A stretch of 64,000 nucleotides of DNA. Source: Diplonema japonicum. Taxonomy: Eukaryota; Protista; Euglenozoa: Diplonemea. Below, piece after piece: positions 57,371 through 64,000 of this stretch. A program made the position numbers and the translations under genes. Every line of letters begins with the position of its first letter. The first letter of the stretch is position 1. The stretch spans positions 248,001 through 312,000 of the forward strand of contig OZ025716.1 of NCBI GenBank assembly GCA_964019335.1. The letters are read 5' to 3'. Under the pieces are notes generated by a model, which worked only from the letters and a program-made list of their open reading frames with translations, was not told the origin of the DNA and ran no database searches.

Positions 57371-58072
57371 ATGCGAACTCTATCACCCGACCGATTGCGA
57401 GGCAGGAACACCACTGCAACCCAAACTCAGACCCAGGTTACTGGGTTTGAAAGGAAGCTGAGGGGGAATGACAGCAGCATAGTTATGTCAGAGGGCGTTG
57501 TGATGGGGAAGAAGCACAGCAGAAAGGAAGTAGACAAAATGGTGCACGAGCAGGCAAAACTCCGCGGCGCTTGGAAAGAGAAGCCCCCAGTGCTCAAGGT
57601 GAACTTGGCTAAGCATGGCACCCCACAACTATTCTTGGACTTATTCGAGAATACCCCTCGGAAAACCAGAAACCGATCCATGTCGAAGGGCAAAGAGAGG
57701 AAAAAGCGATCTACCTGTTCAGCAGAACTGGTCCTTAACCATCATCCACGGACAATGAGCCCAGAACGGTCCGCAACCAATAAGAATTTCTACTACATCC
57801 CGAAAAAACGCGGGCTTGTTTCCCCAGCTGCTCCTCAAGAACGATACCTTATGTCACCCACAGCACCGCCAGCGGATTCTGGTCTGCAGTCGCCCACGCG
57901 CGGCTTCTACCATCCTCCCCCGTTGCACCAGTACGACCCTCCTCCGCCTGAATTCCGCGCACGATCGCCGCCGGCTTTGGAGGACTCGGAGCAAGACGGA
58001 AGCTCCATACACGGTTTGCTGGCAAAGTACAAGGAAGCGATTCTGAGTACCCATTCCAACTCCGGTTATTAA
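57371..58072 (+). CDS. Hypothetical basic, Pro-rich protein
   Basis: 233-aa normal-complexity ORF on the gene strand between homopolymer spacers; start could instead be 57485. Confidence 0.55.
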   Translation: MRTLSPDRLRGRNTTATQTQTQVTGFERKLRGNDSSIVMSEGVVMGKKHSRKEVDKMVHEQAKLRGAWKEKPPVLKVNLAKHGTPQLFLDLFENTPRKTRNRSMSKGKERKKRSTCSAELVLNHHPRTMSPERSATNKNFYYIPKKRGLVSPAAPQERYLMSPTAPPADSGLQSPTRGFYHPPPLHQYDPPPPEFRARSPPALEDSEQDGSSIHGLLAKYKEAILSTHSNSGY

Positions 58073-58116
58073 ATTCTTTTTTTTTTTAAATTTTTCTTTT
58101 TTGTATCTACTGTATC

Positions 58117-58168
<52 letters not shown>

Positions 58169-58189
58169 TTTCTCGCACTTCTTTGCTCG

Positions 58190-58220
<31 letters not shown>

Positions 58221-58310
58221 TCTTTTTTCGCAAACGGGCAAAAGCAACAAAAAGAAAACAAAAAAAAAAAAAAGATTCTCGCAAAGAAAAAAAAAAAACT
58301 TTTTTTTTCC

Positions 58311-61300
58311 ATGACAATTTGTATCGCGGCCATCATAGCAGCGTTCCTGTGCCAAACTGAACGGCAAATTGACTTAAATGATATGGAACTCGAGGTGAAG
58401 GCAAAACTGCGTAACGTCGACCGGCAAATATTGCCGCTGATGGTCAAGACCGCTTGGAGAGCCCTCGGAGGCGACGGCGCATGCTGGAGACACCAAACAG
58501 GCAACCGCGCCTCCCTCGCGATGGCCTTCCTGGAACAGCTCAAATCGAACCACCAAAAGGTCAGCTACACCGACCTGGCTTTAGTCACCGGTAACCTCGC
58601 CCTGCAGGAAATGGGGTTACCCCCAATCAATTTTCAATACGGACGGCAAGACTATATACTTGCAGATCAGTGCCCGGCATATGACATGACAACGGCTTCT
58701 TACCACGCGGTCCACTCAAACAGTGTCTATTTAATAGACAAAATGCGCGGGTTCGGCGTTACGGACATGGCTCACGTGACCGCGCTAATGGGTGGCCACA
58801 CGGTAGGCTCCATTTACAATGTGACATCATGTGTAGGATGTTCTTGGACGTTGGCTCCTTACGTTTTCGACAACGAGTACTTTAGAAACCTGCTGAGCTG
58901 GGACGACACCCTCCCCAGCAACAACGGTCCGGAGACGCACAAGGGCTCCACGATGTTCCCCATCGATCTGTCGATGAGGTTCAGTTTGCAGTTTCTCCCG
59001 AGTATTCGCTCGTTTGCTGCCGACAACACCTACTTCTTGAACACGTTCAAGGAAGCGTGGGAGACGTTGGCCAACTCGACGCTCGCAAGCTCGTGCACAC
59101 CATCCAGTTTAACGTACAAATGTTTACAACAGCTCTCCGATATGGCCACGGTGCATTGGGAAGCGGAGCGTCAACACCTGCACCTAGCAGTGGTGGTCCG
59201 CAGCGTCGGGTGGGTTGGTGTAGGGTTTCCTTCAGCCACGTTCTCCATGGTCCCCGCGTCTGCCCTTGTCTACAGCAACTACGACGTGGAAACATACACT
59301 CTGACATCACGATCAGTGAGCGGGGTCCGCAGCAACTCTAGTATCGTTGAACATCTTGGGTTGCAGAACATATCTGTGGAGCAAGCGTCCGGGGTAACGA
59401 TTATAAGGTTCTCTCTCAAATTTTCAAGGGTCGTGGAGAACTCCAAGCTGGCCATCAACGTGGCTTGGGACGACAGCCCCATCATCGGCGAACACCGGTT
59501 TTCAAACGCACTGGCAACGGAGATCGACCTCTCCAACGGCGACGCATTGATCGGCGTCAACGTGGTAAGCAACTACCGCAAGGCACATGCCATTATCATG
59601 TGGAGTGCATGGACAGTCATTGCTCCCACCGCTTTCTTCATCAAACGTTTTGGGAAGCGTGTCTTTTCCTGGAGCGATGCATCTCGTTATCTCTATGGCG
59701 GTGCCGCCAAGATACATGTTGTTCTGATGTGTGTTGTGCTAATGTTCACCATTGTTGGCTTCGCCATCGCGAGTATAAAATTCCAGTCGAGGCTCCCCAC
59801 AGTCGGTGCCCACAAAGAGATGGGCTATGTTGTGCTGGTGCTTGCCCTACTCCTCCCTGCTGTCTCCTTGAAGAACAGATTTCCCTTTATCGGGAGGGTG
59901 CATAGGATAGCTGGGAAAGCCGTTATTCTCATTGCATGGTACACGTGTTTGGTAGGGCTGCGGCAGTTGGAGAATGATAAAGACGCAATACCTGGTGTGA
60001 TGAAGGGTTTAATGGTGCTCAGCATGGTGGCCAGTGCCGTCGTAATTGTGGCTGTTGAGATTGTGCAGCGAGTGATTCTGTACACGGCCGAGCGTCAAAG
60101 GGCTGTCATGGAGTGCTCCGTCATCACGTGGGAGGAGCTTGCGAATCACAACACCGAAAGCAACCCCTGGATCAAAATTGAAGAGTATATTTACGCTGTC
60201 GGGAACTGGATGAACTTCCACCCAGGCGGCGCCGAGATACTCCTTAACTATGCGGGGAAGGATGCCACCATACCGTTCACCAAGGCATGGCACTCACGTG
60301 AGGCAAAAGAAATCATGAAAGATTTCGTCGTTGGAAGGATAGAAGATAAAAGCATAGAAGCCTGCACGAACCTAACGACCTTACTCGCCGAGGATTTGTC
60401 CAACCTGCATGTGGACAGGGCTTGGGAACGTATCTCCCGGAAGGAAGAGGCTGTTCCGGAAGAATTTGCGGATCTGCTGAGCAGCGTCGTCGAGAGCTTC
60501 GTGCACCTGAAACAGTTCGTCCCGCGCACGGTGCTGCCCTTCACGGTGAAGAGCCATCTCGTGGAACCCCCAGCTTCGTCGGAAAGCACCTCTGTTGTGT
60601 TTACTTCGGTTTACAACAGCCGAGAAATGTGGCAAAACCACACATCGACTATAAAAGCCTCAATCCCACTGCACAACAGCATCGTGAGGGAACTGTTGCT
60701 GCAGCACAAGGGGTACGAAGTGAGGGCGACGTTCGACGACGGCTTCATGTTAGTCTTCGCCAATGCGGCTAACGCGTGTCACTTTGCGTTGCAGCTGAAC
60801 GAGCAGCTGTACACGGCACCATGGTCGGATGAGCTACTGTCCATTCCAGGATGCGAAGATATTCCGAAGTACTCTTTAAAGGGCTTGCGTGTGCGGGTAG
60901 GTGTACATAGCGGACCGCTGGAGATTGAAAACGCTGGTCTGCGATCGGCTTCTTACACAGGTAAAACAGTCGACGCGGCAGCGAAATTGTGCGAGCTGTG
61001 CGTACCAGGTGCCGTTGCCGTGAGCCAAAGGATTCTGCTTCAGGTGTCCGCCAGCGGCAACGCCGTGCACGACATTAGGTTCACGCTCACTTCTCAACCG
61101 CAGACCATCTCCATGGGGAAGGTACAGATGTCCTCGTTCCCTCAGCCGCTGCACGTGTGGCAGCTGATCGCACAATCGTTGTCCAACCGAAGGCCCATCG
61201 TATCCAAGGAAGTCGGCGATATTCTCATTGGGATAACTTCTGTTGTTCAAAACCCGTTGGACGTCAAGAAGAAAGTACCCGACAGGAACAGTTCTTTAGT

Positions 61301-62042
61301 GGCGCTGTCGCCGAGGAAGAAGTTCTGCAAGCCACTCGAGGTGTCCGTTGCTATGACACAGTTTAGGATGAAGGGGAGGTACGCGGGGAACGAGGCGGCG
61401 ATGATGCTGATCGTGGTGATGAACTGCGCAGAGAGGAGCAAAGGGACCATTATAACATGCAGTTCGACGCAAACCGTCATTTCGTGGAACGCAGTGCGGC
61501 GGATACAGCAGCACAAGGAAATGGTGCTGCGGTACGTCGATCTGCTGAGAGAAGAAGTTGAGGGACAGGAAGATTCAGAACAGAATATTTTGTCTGTTGG
61601 AATCTCGGGGGGTTTAGCCGTCTATGGGACTATAGGCACATTCGACGAGCAGTTTGCTGTTGTGACCGGTGCTTGCATGAACGTGTGCCATGCTGCAGTG
61701 GACTTATCAGCGGTTTTAGGCGGCATTACAGTCTATGCGCCATGCTATGAAGTACCTTCTGAGGCTGAAGACAACATCCGCCCAATTGACACAGTGCCCC
61801 GGGGGGACAACGATACTCTCGTTGTCTATCAACACATTACCAACCCTCCCTGTACCTGGGGCTGGACCTCCGCCTACTGCACTGCCTTCAACGGGTCCGA
61901 TGTTGCCCTAATCGGGGCCAACGCGGAGGGAGACCTTGTCCTTGAGGCCGTCAGCAACATGTTTCGCAGCGCCACCCACCTCCTGCAGATCGGCAATAGT
62001 CCTAATTTAATTAATAAGAAATTATCTTTTTCCAAAGGTACT

Positions 62043-62045
<3 letters not shown>
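58311..62045 (+). CDS. Multi-heme receptor cyclase-like protein: signal peptide, class I peroxidase-like, DOMON, cytochrome b561, cytochrome b5, two degenerate class III cyclase domains (1244 aa)
   Basis: VSYTDL..G..AL.EMG.P.I.F..GR.D, ALMGGHTVG, WT..P..FDNEYF..LL, MFPID; GWVGVGF....M...H; four b561 His (KAHA, KIHV, GAHK, RVHR); HN....W..I...IY.V..W...HPGG...AGKDAT..F...HS; GYEV..F.DGFMLVF, GLRVRVGVHSG. Start placed at MTICI; the upstream poly-F/K extension is homopolymer sequence. Confidence 0.88.
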
Positions 62046-62073
<28 letters not shown>

Positions 62074-62506
62074 GTTACAAATATTTATCTTTCAAAAAAT
62101 GATTTTATAACTATATGCAACTTGTGCCGAGCAAAAAACTTTCGCAGCTTTTTAAAAACCTTTTGCTCGTGCGAACAACAAAGACATATAGTCATAAAGA
62201 ACTATTTTTTCTTTCTTCTTTCCTTTTTTACCAACGATTCTAAAGCTACAGTTTCTGTACTTTATTGGTAGAGCGGTTTGAAAAGAAAAAAAAATAGATC
62301 AAAGATCACGCAGCGAGTATTACGGAGCACAGAGTGGTGATAGTAAAGTATCAGTATCAGTTTCAATATCAGTATCAGCAAATCAGTGAAAAGTCGGAAT
62401 ACGTGAAAAGTTTGTCAGAAGGAGCACGAGAGTTTATAGTGATCGGTAGACAAGAGAGCGAGTTTCTTATAAAGTCAGTTTTATTCCCCCCCCACAGACG
62501 AAGACC

Positions 62507-64000
62507 ATGGACCCCCATCATCTGGTCCAGAGGGCACAGAGCCTGCTAGCGGGCGACCTCTCCGAGGAAAACAGGAGCCTGGTGCTGACCACACTAAGCT
62601 GCATCTTACAGTTGGTCGAAAAGGCACAGGCCTCCCCTCAACAGCCCACCCCGCAGCAACAGCCAGCTCTGCAACAATACCAGCCCCCGCCGCAACCCCA
62701 ACAGTCATTTGCTCAGCAACAACCTCCACAGACTTACCAACCGAAGGGTCAACCCCAGCAATTCCAGCAGCAGCTCCAAAACCAACAGGCAAAGGGGCAA
62801 CCGCGCCAGCAGCAACAATCGAAGGGACAACCGGCCCAGCAGCAGCAGCAACAATCGAAGAGGACACCCCCGAGGAAGGAGACAAGAGGAAGCGCCAAGA
62901 CATACCTCGGGGCGGCCACCAATTGGACGAGCAGACCTGCCCCTGTTAAACCCCCCTTGGCACTGGTACAGCAACACTGGGGAGCCCAGCAGATCCACAC
63001 CGTGGTTCCCGACCAGCTCACGGCTGGTATCTACTTCAACCCCTCGGACCCGGTCCAACTCTCCTCTCGTCTCAAGGCGCTCGGCCTTGATTTCAAAATC
63101 ATCTGCACCAAGCCATTCGTGGGTGGCACTGAGTCAGACTCCCCCACGACGAGAGGGATCATTCGGACCTGGGTCACTGGGATCGAGGTGCTCCCACAAG
63201 CAATGGACGCCCCTCCCAAGGAGGACAACAACAGGACAACGATACTCAAGGCGGTGATTGCGAAGGACCACTGCTCAGCAGCACAGTGGAAACGCACAGC
63301 GGACGGCAACGCCATTAAAAGGATGGCACTACTAGCGGCACGCGACAAGGAGAGACTCTTCAAGGTCTTACCGAATGCCGTCTTCAGGATAGACCGATCC
63401 ACAGAGAACAAGACAGCCACCGCCCTCGTACGTGTAGACCCTGAACTCGCGATGAGACTGTTAGCAGCTTCGGGAGACCAGGGCGTTTTCTGGACACACG
63501 CGTTCGCGAGAGACCGACTGGAAGTCATCCAGCTGAAGAAAGGGATCAGGGCGGCCGACGTCCCCACCGCGTCGCTGGGCACCTCCCTTACCGTGACGCC
63601 AATCGGATTAGCCCTCATGCTACCGAGAGGTGCGGACCGCAAGGAAGTCCTGGCCAGGGTCAACCCCATCCTACTTCCGGCGCAGAAGACAGGCGAAAAA
63701 TACATTCTGGAAGGGTGTCTGAACTGCGAACACGAGTGCGACTTGAGAGTCGACCTGGCCGGTTGTGGGTGGGTTATTAACCACATGGACAAGTTGGGTG
63801 CGTCGAAGTGGCTCATACGTGCAACCAACCCCCCTACGGCCAGGCTCATTGCGAGAGGGGAGAAGCGACACTCCCTCGTAATCAGGGATTGGACCCGAGA
63901 GGACACACCCGACAGAAGGGAGAGGACCTTCAAAGGGAAGCAACAGAGGGTGAAGCTGTCGGAGGCGGAATTCCCCAGTTCATGGGCGGCACAAGAAAAA
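62507..64000 (+). mobile_element. ORF open to the window end (>=498 aa, Gln-rich N-terminus); probable ORF1 of a non-LTR retrotransposon; absent from the ORF track
   Basis: ATG at 62507 (MDPHHLVQRAQ), no stop before 64000; includes RLLAASGDQGVF. Purine-rich sense strand like the other LINE pieces. ORF1 identity is inference. Confidence 0.55.

Overview
Eukaryotic protist DNA, most consistent with a euglenozoan (diplonemid-like by inference). About 20 mostly intronless host genes all lie on the + strand, separated by long T/A/G/C homopolymer spacers, with A-rich leaders before the ATGs. Host genes include a degenerate TUTase-like nucleotidyltransferase, three receptor-type class III cyclase proteins, a PLP Ser/Thr dehydratase, Ubl-ankyrin, two F-box/Rab-like fusions, tandem Ubl-DUF4116-SAP genes, a spliced Cys-rich multipass membrane protein, an FAD monooxygenase, a CocE/NonD hydrolase and a Fluc/FEX exporter. 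Mobile DNA is dense: three degenerate piggyBac elements (two with clear TIRs and TTAA duplications, one of them inside a tiny intron), several pieces of one non-LTR retrotransposon family that ends in T-rich rather than poly(A) tails, and dispersed repeats. The standout is 58311-62045, a single ORF chaining a class I heme-peroxidase-like domain, DOMON, cytochrome b561, cytochrome b5 and two degenerate cyclase domains. It looks like a transmembrane heme wire coupled to a cyclic-nucleotide signalling module. All calls come from reading motifs by eye; no database searches were run.
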